Shown: positions 30,601 through 37,259 of the stretch, piece after piece
Layout: each line of letters opens with the position of its first letter
How positions within the stretch are numbered: position 1 is the stretch's first letter
Position numbers and translations under genes: made by a program
DNA from: a virus
Taxonomy: Duplodnaviria; Caudoviricetes
Length of the DNA stretch: 39,508 bases
Virus record (IMG/VR): IMGVR_UViG_3300017913_001954
Span: 1-39,508 of that record
Reading direction: 5' to 3' (one strand)
The notes under the pieces: generated by a model
Told to the model about the DNA's origin: nothing
The model's database searches: none
What the model saw: only the letters and a program-made list of their open reading frames with translations

Positions 30601-31148
30601 GTCATGACTTCCTAGACATTGGTACAGGTAACTTTACACAAACAAATTACCCAGGACTACCAAATCAAGATCCAGATGCAGACAACGAAACAGTTGTTGG
30701 CGGTGGTGGTAGAGTGTTCTTTACATCTACTGACCAAGATGGTAACTTTAGAGTAGGTGACTTGTTCAGTGTTGAACAAAGTACAGGTGTTGCGACACTT
30801 GATGCTGATGCGTTTAACATTGCAGGACTAAATGAACTTTCGTTAGGTTCAGTTGAACTTGGCGGAACTGGTGCTGTTATTACTGAATTCAGTACTGACG
30901 GTACGTTTGCGGCAAACTCGGATAGCGTAGTGCCTACACAGCGAGCAATTAGAACATTTATTAATGCTCAAATTGGTGGCGGTAATTCCGAATTAAACGT
31001 AAATATCCTTACAGCAGGTGTTATTGAGATTCAAGAGAATCAAATTACAACAACAACTGGTGTGGATATTAAGGTTAAAGCCAAAATGAACTTCACCGGC
31101 GGTATTGACGGTGATGCGGTAGCACTACAAAGAATGCTATTAAGTTAA
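24639..31148 (+). CDS. Giant multidomain virion fibre/spike protein B (2169 aa), paralogue of A
   Basis: Same order of eight Trp/Tyr repeats, beta-helix (DMFYMRNGSGLRNC, SIVANDYTQ, RSELVSVF, GGKIRATNGNSSYG), propeller and C-terminal YSQVRLTGHDFLDIGTGN/STDQDGNFRVG domain, but with different inserted modules. Confidence 0.8.
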   Translation: MAEFLLGRIKFVWKATWTASTAYVKDDVIKYGGQTYICTNPHTSTSDFYTDDSNWNVFADGQEWKDDWAVSTYYKKNDIVKYGGYLYVANTAHTSADTITKGLEFNQSDWDLYAEFFNYRNDWEVSTRYRINDVVKYGGTEYICIDDHTSNGTYSTDSDGLESDNNGRVLTVDSISPADTDRTQGTYTALVPTGGSGSGLEVTIDVDNIGGVAITITDNGTNYVVGDTLSIPDSSLGGGGAADVTFNVATVADRWNIFAEGFDWKNNWTAETRYRKNDLVRYGGQLYLCITGHRSGTTSEGLETDQAKWQYFHKGTEYRGDWTSGTRYRINDLVKSGSSVWICTTYHTATNSFRADQANWEQFVPGLEFEDSWAIGTEYQKGDIVTYGGYSYIAITNNVGYPPYSSTSEWKLYLKGFNFVGEWGEDSSTQDYYAGDVVRLGGYTYLCIKDTVATEQKPPNATYWTQLNEGFNWTGDWANLTDYNLGDIVYYGVNSYVCVSAHSADQAIARNRPDQDTDGSEWNLMAGGNEQSALTTDGDLVIYSGSGPARLPIGTEGQVLTVSTAGLPAWQYWGRQDHVYYVGPNGSDTGDYPSYGATLDRPFASVRRAATAIEQGVLNPNAIDNLRLNRQFIQRETVEWVDYQIANSIAPFTSSFTYNKDKCYRDTGHMIDAIIWDLSHGGNTRSRNVAFTYFTKAGASYVAGQEDETVAALNYAKSLTDVVLTKVDPATNYQTENSYTPAIAQIKTSGTEETGAQAIINSLIKIVTDAIEAGDTDDIPAEEQVQKTIFVATGEYKEVLPIIVPKNTAVVGDELRSTRIKPSLDTDYTQSSDVEYSLAGITHLKSIIDDIITGTSITKQTGNTRTQSTAVPVGTATEASLAQAKADHLIDSITYWTADTQDSTAPVVDGGQTSVNISDVDITTNPSLVRITTATAHGLQDRQEIHITNVGGTIELNNRIYYADVISTTTFDLYEDYKMTVGVDGTDYTAHTSGGTLKFGGNEITADQDIHNAARQLYLNKEFLVDDVVEYINNTYPSYTYSEEKCKRDTREYIEGFIYDLMYGGNYRTHYNAKWYSNSVLGSVTEDMFYMRNGSGLRNCSLNGLTGVLGTANSYGTKRPTAGAFTSLDPGWGPADGNAWITTKSPYIQNVSNFGTAAVGLKVDGSLHDSGNDSIVANDYTQIISDGIGCWITNLGRSELVSVFSYYGHIGYLAENGGKIRATNGNSSYGTFGCVAEGVDATEIPISGTVNNRYSEALVDSVLTDQVKVMRLFFKNAGINYEGTSTFTITGDGAGVQSIGDEVRDQAVFDVRLLNTDVDSDGEGDFGGKDYGFAENTAQSGDTIKIRISNTDTANTGDYNGMRIFLTSGLGVGQYGYIGSYNAGNKDATVYRESDDEPGWDHIIPGTTISELLDGTTKYIIEPRIDIAEPPYSSASQSYGGAIQSQRNALAYGNDRFIMVGTSTNATRFATDPTSWAAGGNLSQSGTWTALSYGAGDDSVYTWVCANQGTNVLNYSRDDGASWTAGTLPSTSDWTSSVYGDDKFVMVASNTTAAAYSSDGDTWTATTLPSSQNWKKVIYGFDQFIAIGDTATFAQSSDGITWNSKAFPAFTDTNTNVKDITWGNGRYVMIGDKGTQGFASFDGNTWFEITVDSTADSSIGGGDAFIEYGHGAFVWFSSTNGQIKAVDNIGAADALRSQGTYQIGASDYTTSASGNDATFTVVVDETGAATVTIKTEGKQFADGETITITDANLGGGGAADLTFDVDGIRTTEQAAVSNDGVNWRAKTNGVTNGVYSAFAFGNPEHRPTWFALQSGSGTGALTRAGAKAFVRAVVATGKIARFIIGETGSGYSTTPTLTITDPNNTIEAPFQVRVGDGALGNPTILAGGTGYETASATVSGSGTIDAFQTGKNIFVQGLSDTPKAGSNVEFNNLPGKYYKLVTVRELTGTAPNISAKLQVSPDIPVDTAPPHEDDTTLRLRYSQVRLTGHDFLDIGTGNFTQTNYPGLPNQDPDADNETVVGGGGRVFFTSTDQDGNFRVGDLFSVEQSTGVATLDADAFNIAGLNELSLGSVELGGTGAVITEFSTDGTFAANSDSVVPTQRAIRTFINAQIGGGNSELNVNILTAGVIEIQENQITTTTGVDIKVKAKMNFTGGIDGDAVALQRMLLS

Positions 31149-31164
31149 TAAAGGAGAGTAAAAA

Positions 31165-31482
31165 ATGGCAACAGGTAGACTAGGAGCAGTTAATTTGACA
31201 TCAGGTACAAATACTACTGCTTACACATGTCCAGCAAGTACATACGCAGTCGTTACTGTATCCTTTTGCAACAGATCAAACTCTGCCGCGGGTTTAAGAT
31301 TAGCGGTTGCGGCCGCTGACACACCGACGGACGCTGAATGGGTTGAGTTTGATACTGAAATCATGGCAAAAGCGGTATTAGAACGTACTGGTCTTGTATT
31401 GGACGCAGGAAAGAAAATTGTAGCATATAGCAGTGGCGAAGCAACGAGTGTTGTGGTCATGGGTATTGAAACTCCTGCTTAA
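31165..31482 (+). CDS. Small beta-rich structural/adaptor protein, paralogue 3 (105 aa)
   Basis: T-YTCP...V-FCNR...VEFD...LERTGLVL-AG..I...VVMG-E; SD AAAGGAG. Confidence 0.75.
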   Translation: MATGRLGAVNLTSGTNTTAYTCPASTYAVVTVSFCNRSNSAAGLRLAVAAADTPTDAEWVEFDTEIMAKAVLERTGLVLDAGKKIVAYSSGEATSVVVMGIETPA

Positions 31483-31485
31483 TGC

Positions 31486-31491
31486 TAAATA
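31486..31491 (+). promoter_or_regulatory. Late-promoter-like (GC)TAAATA
   Basis: Intergenic, before the distal fibre/adhesin cluster. Confidence 0.6.
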
Positions 31492-31516
31492 CTAACAGTT
31501 AAAGGAACAAAACACT

Positions 31517-31849
31517 ATGGGTAGATATATTACAACAACTGGAACTAGCGGTGCTGTATTAGTCGAAAAAAGTTCAGCCTATACTGCAAGAGTCAATGAC
31601 AGAATCCTTTGTGATTCATCGAGTGCGGCTTTTACAATTACATTACCTGCCAATGCAGGACTTGTAAAAGGTGACACTCTACAGGTAATTGATGCTAATG
31701 GTAACTTTGGTACAAACAATGTTACACTAGGCAGAAACGGTTCTAAGATTCAGTCATTAACTGAAGACTTGGATTTGAACATTAATAACTCATCGACTAC
31801 ATTAATGTACAGTGGCGACACTTACGGTTGGATTATTATTGGTTCATAA
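31517..31849 (+). CDS. Stand-alone tail-fibre domain resembling T4 gp34 N-terminal repeats (110 aa)
   Basis: DSS-AAFTITLP...GD-LQVID..G-F-TNNVTL-RNG-KI...DL-L...L-Y.....GW motif. Confidence 0.65.
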   Translation: MGRYITTTGTSGAVLVEKSSAYTARVNDRILCDSSSAAFTITLPANAGLVKGDTLQVIDANGNFGTNNVTLGRNGSKIQSLTEDLDLNINNSSTTLMYSGDTYGWIIIGS

Positions 31850-31875
31850 TAGGATCATTTGATTAGGAGATAAAC

Positions 31876-32748
31876 ATGGCAAACCTGAAAAGTTTACTTG
31901 ATAAGGCAACTACAACGGACTTTAATCCTAATGATCCGTCAATGCCTAAAAATAAGTTTTACAACTGTCAAGTAACGTTTGCTACAACGTGTGGTGTTTC
32001 ACACAACAGAGACCAGTGTAAACACGAGTTTTGCTGGACACCAGAGCCTGATGTTTCTAAAATTAAAATTCAAGCATGGGGCGGAGGCGGAGGCGCCGCA
32101 GGTGTATGTTGTTGTCAATGGGGATTCTCGGGTGGTTCAGGTGCTTATGCTGAACTAAGTGAAGTCGACGTTTCAAGTTGTAAAACAGAATACAGAATTT
32201 GTATTGGCCCACCTAGTTGTTGTGCTCCTACTTTCGCTTGTGGATATAGAGGATGTAAAACTTATATTACCAACGGTTACATGACAAGATCAAATGGTGA
32301 TTCAGTAAGTAACTTCTGTGCAGAAGGCGGTGTAGTAGGTTGTAGTTTATGTTTTATGTTTAACTGTATTGGTTGTGGTACTTGTTTAGATCCAAGATAC
32401 GACTCTTGTTGTGCATGTTGGTATGATGCAGATGTAGGATTTCCAGGCAGACTAGGCGGTATTGCCACTCACTGTGTAAACAACAATGCATGTTGGTATA
32501 AACACTATACTACTGTTCCAGGATATTTAGATGAATGTGGTTATAGATATGATTTAACCAGATTCTGTGCATATAATATGCCAGGCGGATTTGATGGTTG
32601 TAGAGTTGGCCAAGGCCTAATTGGCGCCGGCGGATCTCACCAATCAGTTCCTGGTAAAGGTGGAATTTCAGGATCAGCACTAGGCGGAAACTGCTACTGT
32701 GGTGGTCCAGGTGGTCCAGGATTAGTAAGAATAGACATGTTTAGTTAA
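31876..32748 (+). CDS. Cys/Gly-rich adhesin-like protein 1 (290 aa, ~29 Cys)
   Basis: WGGGGG..CCC..GGSGAYA, NFCAEGG, PG-GG and GGPGLVRI glycine-rich motifs. Confidence 0.7.
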   Translation: MANLKSLLDKATTTDFNPNDPSMPKNKFYNCQVTFATTCGVSHNRDQCKHEFCWTPEPDVSKIKIQAWGGGGGAAGVCCCQWGFSGGSGAYAELSEVDVSSCKTEYRICIGPPSCCAPTFACGYRGCKTYITNGYMTRSNGDSVSNFCAEGGVVGCSLCFMFNCIGCGTCLDPRYDSCCACWYDADVGFPGRLGGIATHCVNNNACWYKHYTTVPGYLDECGYRYDLTRFCAYNMPGGFDGCRVGQGLIGAGGSHQSVPGKGGISGSALGGNCYCGGPGGPGLVRIDMFS

Positions 32749-32760
32749 GGAAAGGTAACA

Positions 32761-33612
32761 ATGGCAAATTTAAGATCATTAATTGGAAGTGTAAGTGTAA
32801 ATGACATTAAACCGTTGTCAGACAACTGTACAATGTTGTTTTTCCCACACTGTCAGTGTTACTGTAACTCAGATTATTCGGGTAACTGTTACCTATACTG
32901 GTGTGCTCCAGAAAACGTTACATGTATGAAGGTTGAAGTATGGGGCGGTGGAGGCTCTGGTGCAGGATCTTGTTGTTGCATGGGAGGTACACCGGGCGGT
33001 TCAGGCGCATGGGCATACAAGTGTATGAATTCAGACGATGGAGATTTTGCCGCAGGTGATTGTTATGCATTATATCCAGGACCTGCTACTTGTTGTGCAA
33101 GATGTTGCTGTGGTATTTTAGGTTGTAAAGGATACGTTACTGGAACAGGTTTAACGAATTTCTGTGCTGACGGCGGTAATGCTGGTCAGTCATGTTGTTT
33201 TGTGCATTGGGGAGCATTTAACTGTATGGGTAATAACTGCGGTTACTACTATACTAACAGAATGTGTTGTCAGTGTTGCAGATGCTACTACGGTGCAGAC
33301 GGTGGTACACCAGGTCGTCCAAGTGCTATTTGGGCTCAGTGTACTTGTGGTGCATGTTATTGGCAGTTGCTATATCACTATCCAGGTGGTATTAACAACA
33401 ACAAAGGTGGATTTACAACAACAAGACAGATGGGTAACGCTTGTAACTCAGAATGGTCACGTTGTGTAAGAGGTAACATTGCTTGGTCAACTGGTGAATC
33501 AGGACACTTACCTGGTGTAGGTGGACCAAGTGCTAGTGCTTGTGGCGGAGGATGCTGTTATGGTTATCCAGGAGCCGCTGGACTGGTAAGAATTACATGG
33601 AACGATAATTAA
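32761..33612 (+). CDS. Cys/Gly-rich adhesin-like protein 2 (283 aa, ~36 Cys)
   Basis: WGGGGSG..CCC..GGSGAWA, NFCADGG, YPGG, PGVGG, GAAGLVRI. Confidence 0.7.
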   Translation: MANLRSLIGSVSVNDIKPLSDNCTMLFFPHCQCYCNSDYSGNCYLYWCAPENVTCMKVEVWGGGGSGAGSCCCMGGTPGGSGAWAYKCMNSDDGDFAAGDCYALYPGPATCCARCCCGILGCKGYVTGTGLTNFCADGGNAGQSCCFVHWGAFNCMGNNCGYYYTNRMCCQCCRCYYGADGGTPGRPSAIWAQCTCGACYWQLLYHYPGGINNNKGGFTTTRQMGNACNSEWSRCVRGNIAWSTGESGHLPGVGGPSASACGGGCCYGYPGAAGLVRITWNDN

Positions 33613-33615
33613 AGG

Positions 33616-33621
33616 TAAATA
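33616..33621 (+). promoter_or_regulatory. Late-promoter-like TAAATA, 5 nt before ATG 33627
   Basis: GGTAAATAttagcATG. Confidence 0.5.
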
Positions 33622-33626
33622 TTAGC

Positions 33627-34472
33627 ATGGCACAGTTAAGTTCATACGTACAAACACTAAAACTAAACGCAGGAGAATCAGTTTCTGATCTACCAGCAGG
33701 TTGTCAGTTTGTTTACAGTTCTAGTTGTTGGTCTTGTCCGTCATTTGGTAACTATCAACAGTACTGCTGTTTTTCATTTATTGTACCAAGTGATGCTGTT
33801 AGAGCAACATTTGAAACTTGGGGATCAGGCGGCGGAGGCGGCGTAACTTGCTGTTGTATGGCTGGTAATCCAGGCGGCGGTGGCGCTTATGCACGTAAAA
33901 CAATCTCTGTAACATCAGGTCAGTGCTATGATCTATGTTTAGGTGAAGGTGCATGTTGTCACAATGGTAGAAACGGATTTAGAGGTTGCGAAAGTGCAAT
34001 TAAAGGAACAGGCATTAACATGTGTGCGGCAGGTGGTAAACCTGGATGTTCATTCTGTTTTCCGGGCTGTGGTTGTTATGTAACAGGCTATTGTTGTTGT
34101 CGTGCTTGGAACTGCGGTTGTTGTATTAATGATAACCCTGCAGAAGCAAGTGGTGGCGACTTTATGGTATGCGGTGTAAGAGGTTGGTTCCAACACAGAC
34201 GCTGTGGTGGACACTGCTGTCACAAACACCATATTCCATATCCAGGCGGACTGGTTAATAAATGTGGTGGAACTGTAGCAGTTCAATCAGGTGGTAGAGG
34301 ATTTGATACATACGTAAACTGTGCGGCAATGAACAACGTTGGTTGGAATAGACATTCTCCGCAGTACGTACCAGGAATGGGTGGACCTACTTATGTAAGA
34401 TGGTCAGGCGGTTGTATGTGTGGATCTTATGGTTCTCCAGGACTAATTCGTATTACATGGTTTGATGCTTAA
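33627..34472 (+). CDS. Cys/Gly-rich adhesin-like protein 3 (281 aa, ~32 Cys)
   Basis: WGSGGGGG..CCC..GGGGAYA, NMCAAGG, YPGG, PGMGG, GSPGLIRI. Confidence 0.7.
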   Translation: MAQLSSYVQTLKLNAGESVSDLPAGCQFVYSSSCWSCPSFGNYQQYCCFSFIVPSDAVRATFETWGSGGGGGVTCCCMAGNPGGGGAYARKTISVTSGQCYDLCLGEGACCHNGRNGFRGCESAIKGTGINMCAAGGKPGCSFCFPGCGCYVTGYCCCRAWNCGCCINDNPAEASGGDFMVCGVRGWFQHRRCGGHCCHKHHIPYPGGLVNKCGGTVAVQSGGRGFDTYVNCAAMNNVGWNRHSPQYVPGMGGPTYVRWSGGCMCGSYGSPGLIRITWFDA

Positions 34473-34475
34473 ATA
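34470..34475 (+). promoter_or_regulatory. Late-promoter-like TAAATA overlapping the stop codon
   Basis: CTTAAATA before the chaperone-like pair. Confidence 0.4.
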
Positions 34476-34500
34476 TAAGGAAATTAATTAGAGGAACAAA

Positions 34501-35229
34501 ATGGCTGTACAACATATTACACACACTTTTGATTATGATCTTCCAGACAAGTATCTATATCAAACTAATGAATTAGGATTAACTGCAAGTTGGACTTATA
34601 GAGGTCCAAGAAGAATGTGGGTGCATGTAAGTCGTGCAACTAACAAACTTTTACCATCAGACAGTTGTATGGAAGATGACGGAACTCCGGAAGTAGCAGA
34701 AAAAGCAAGAACACACGCAGGAAACGATTGTTATGCTGTGTTAGTTGACGCCATGGAACACCCAATTATTGCAAGTGTGATGTGGATGGATATTGATCAA
34801 GCAGACTTTCCGCAGGTAGAATTTACACGTGAAGATATTGATCCTAGCGACACAACAGTATATTATTCAAGGGCGGCTACTCCAACACTTGATCATACAT
34901 ATGAAGTAGGTGATATTACTTGGAATCACGAAACAGAACAGTGGACATATCCATTACCATGGAAACAGCCACACATGACTGAAGAAGAATTACAGCACGG
35001 CAAGAATCAAATTATTTTAGATGCAACACAGACTAAACAAGACTTAGTTGCTAACAACGCCAGCGGCGAATATAATGATTTAATTGCAAAAATTGACACA
35101 TACATTGCAGAATTAAATGCACTTGATGACAAGTTTCCAAGAGATTCTTGGGATCCATGGATGATTCCTTTTCCATTAGATCCAAGAGTTGACAGTGAAG
35201 ACAGTGTCTTACCTGAAGGAGAAGAATAA
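34501..35229 (+). CDS. Tail-fibre assembly chaperone-like protein 1 (242 aa)
   Basis: Acidic. C-terminal Y...L..L..KFP...W.IPFP.DP resembles the Y-R-Q-A-L-R-D-(L/I)-P..W-P ending of phage tail assembly chaperones. Paralogue of the next gene. Confidence 0.55.
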   Translation: MAVQHITHTFDYDLPDKYLYQTNELGLTASWTYRGPRRMWVHVSRATNKLLPSDSCMEDDGTPEVAEKARTHAGNDCYAVLVDAMEHPIIASVMWMDIDQADFPQVEFTREDIDPSDTTVYYSRAATPTLDHTYEVGDITWNHETEQWTYPLPWKQPHMTEEELQHGKNQIILDATQTKQDLVANNASGEYNDLIAKIDTYIAELNALDDKFPRDSWDPWMIPFPLDPRVDSEDSVLPEGEE

Positions 35230-36002
35230 TGAGCAACACTCCTAGTTGGATTCCAGAAATTGAAGTAAAATACGAATATCCTATTCCTAACAAATATCTA
35301 GAGCAAAGTGATTCGGAAGGTAAAAAAGGAAACTACACATACGTAGGACCTGAAAAAATTTGGATTTTTGTTAACAATGAAACTAAAAAAATCGAAGTTA
35401 ACATGGATGCTTGGGCATATGATCCAGAAAATGAACATCAAGAAAAAGAAGTTAAAACATTCTGTGGACTAGGACACACTCCTGTGTTAATTGATGCTAA
35501 CAAGCAACCTTTACTTGCAACACTGATTTGGCAAGACACAGAACCACATGAAAACTATCCATGTAAAGCATGGAGAGATCCAGACACAAACGAAGTAATT
35601 TATTGGGAAACAGATCCACTTATTCCTGATGATGCTTATGATCAAGAAAATATTGTGTATGATTTTGATAAAAAAGAATTTGTAACACCTTTCCCTTACG
35701 AACGTCCAGGTATGACAGAAGAAGAATGGGAAGGCATGAGAACAGCATTGATCAACACAGCAACAGACGATTTAAATGAGTCTGAAATGACTGACCCTAA
35801 TAATGCTGAGCATAGAGCAAAACTAGTTGCTTATAAGACTGCACTTGAAAATATTTGGACAAAATATCCAAAAGAAGACGGTTGGAGACACTATCATATT
35901 CCATTTCCTAAACACCCATTCGGTGATGCAGGCGAAGGAAACCGTTTTGATGCAAGCGAATCAATCGATCCAGATCGTTCGACAGTAGACAACAACGATT
36001 AA
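35229..36002 (+). CDS. Tail-fibre assembly chaperone-like protein 2 (257 aa)
   Basis: Shares Y-(L/I)P-KYL-Q, Y-GP..(M/I)W, VL(V/I)DA..P, P-MTEEE and IPFP with the previous gene. TAATG stop/start overlap. Confidence 0.55.
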   Translation: MSNTPSWIPEIEVKYEYPIPNKYLEQSDSEGKKGNYTYVGPEKIWIFVNNETKKIEVNMDAWAYDPENEHQEKEVKTFCGLGHTPVLIDANKQPLLATLIWQDTEPHENYPCKAWRDPDTNEVIYWETDPLIPDDAYDQENIVYDFDKKEFVTPFPYERPGMTEEEWEGMRTALINTATDDLNESEMTDPNNAEHRAKLVAYKTALENIWTKYPKEDGWRHYHIPFPKHPFGDAGEGNRFDASESIDPDRSTVDNND

Positions 36003-36032
36003 TCACTTTTAAAACCAGTAAAATAATGGTCC

Positions 36033-36040
36033 TATAAATA
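36033..36040 (+). promoter_or_regulatory. Perfect T4-type late promoter TATAAATA inside a 10-bp inverted repeat that covers the RBS
   Basis: TATAAATA at 36033-36040. Arms are TAATGGTCCT (36024-36033) and AGGACCATTA (36068-36077). Confidence 0.75.
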
Positions 36041-36080
36041 TCTGTACGTTAAGCAATGTACTAATAAAGGACCATTAAAC

Positions 36081-37256
36081 ATGACAAAAAGATCAACAGC
36101 GTTTTATATTAACGGCGGAGCAGGCAGAGTAATTGCTAGTATTCCAGCGTTAGAAAATTTTAGAAAAGAAAATCCAGACGATGATTTTATCATTGTTTGT
36201 GAAGGCGGAACAGAGTTTTACAAAGGTCATCAAGACCTAGATAAACGTGCATACGATGTATGGCATAAAAATTTATTCCAAGATAAGATTAAAGAAAGAA
36301 ACAGTGTAAGTCCAGAACCTTATAGGGTATGGCACTATTATAATCAAAAATGCAGTCTTGCACAAGCATTTGATATGATTATTAATAACCAAGAAGAACC
36401 AAGAGACTTACAAAAACCAAATATTAGACTTAATAGAGAAGAAATCCTCAACGGTGAAATTACGCTTAACGAAGTAAAACAAATGACCGGTAAGGATAAG
36501 GTTGTTGTTATTCAACCTTTTGGTAGAGGTATTAGTTATAGAGATGGTGTGTTTAACGATAGTACATCAAGAAGTATTGAGTTTAGCGATCTAGTCAAAA
36601 TTATTAAAGGGTTACATCAAAAAGGCCATGCTGTTATGATCATGGCAGAAATGCAGATTGATTTTAGCAACAATGATATCAAAGTGCCAATCCCAACACC
36701 AACAGGTATTAATCTACGCCAATGGTCAGGCTTAATTAAAGGTTGTGAATATTTTATTGGTTGCGACAGTGTAGGACAACATATTGCACACGCTGTAGGT
36801 ACTCCAACAACAAGTATTACAGGTAGTACATTCCCTGTAAATATTTCACATCCTGAAGATCCTATGTTCGACATTATTGATCTTGGGGCAGAAGATAGAG
36901 AATATGCTCCTATTAGAATTGCACCTGATGATACTTGTGATAGAATGAACGATGGTATTATGGCAATGACTAATGCACAGATTGAAAAAGTAATTAAGAG
37001 TGTACAAAACGGATTAAAAAAACATCCTAAAAAACAAAGTGCTATTGTAGAAAAAGCAAAACTTGCAGGTGAAGGACAAGAACAGCAAGGTGAAGTTTGT
37101 CCTGTACACGGAGTGGTTCATGAACACGGACATACACATAGTCCTCAACAACAGCCTATTCCATCTGCGGCAATGAATCCAGCAATGGCAACTTCAACTG
37201 CAATGAGTTCACAATTTGGTGTAGTACCACCTTTTGCTAAAGGTACTAAGGAGTAA
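36081..37256 (+). CDS. GT-B glycosyltransferase, GT9 (heptosyltransferase)-like, with a His/Gln-rich C-terminal tail
   Basis: GGAGRVI-S-PAL (compare G-GD-I...P-L), VVIQPFG, LRQW-GLI..C-YFIGCDS-GQHIA-AVG-P. Confidence 0.7.
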   Translation: MTKRSTAFYINGGAGRVIASIPALENFRKENPDDDFIIVCEGGTEFYKGHQDLDKRAYDVWHKNLFQDKIKERNSVSPEPYRVWHYYNQKCSLAQAFDMIINNQEEPRDLQKPNIRLNREEILNGEITLNEVKQMTGKDKVVVIQPFGRGISYRDGVFNDSTSRSIEFSDLVKIIKGLHQKGHAVMIMAEMQIDFSNNDIKVPIPTPTGINLRQWSGLIKGCEYFIGCDSVGQHIAHAVGTPTTSITGSTFPVNISHPEDPMFDIIDLGAEDREYAPIRIAPDDTCDRMNDGIMAMTNAQIEKVIKSVQNGLKKHPKKQSAIVEKAKLAGEGQEQQGEVCPVHGVVHEHGHTHSPQQQPIPSAAMNPAMATSTAMSSQFGVVPPFAKGTKE

Positions 37257-37259
37257 ATT

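Noticed and set aside
31876-34472. Diversity-generating retroelement or invertible cassette acting on the three adhesin paralogues
   Set aside because: No reverse transcriptase or invertase is in the window, and I saw no near-identical template/variable repeat pair or flanking inverted sites.
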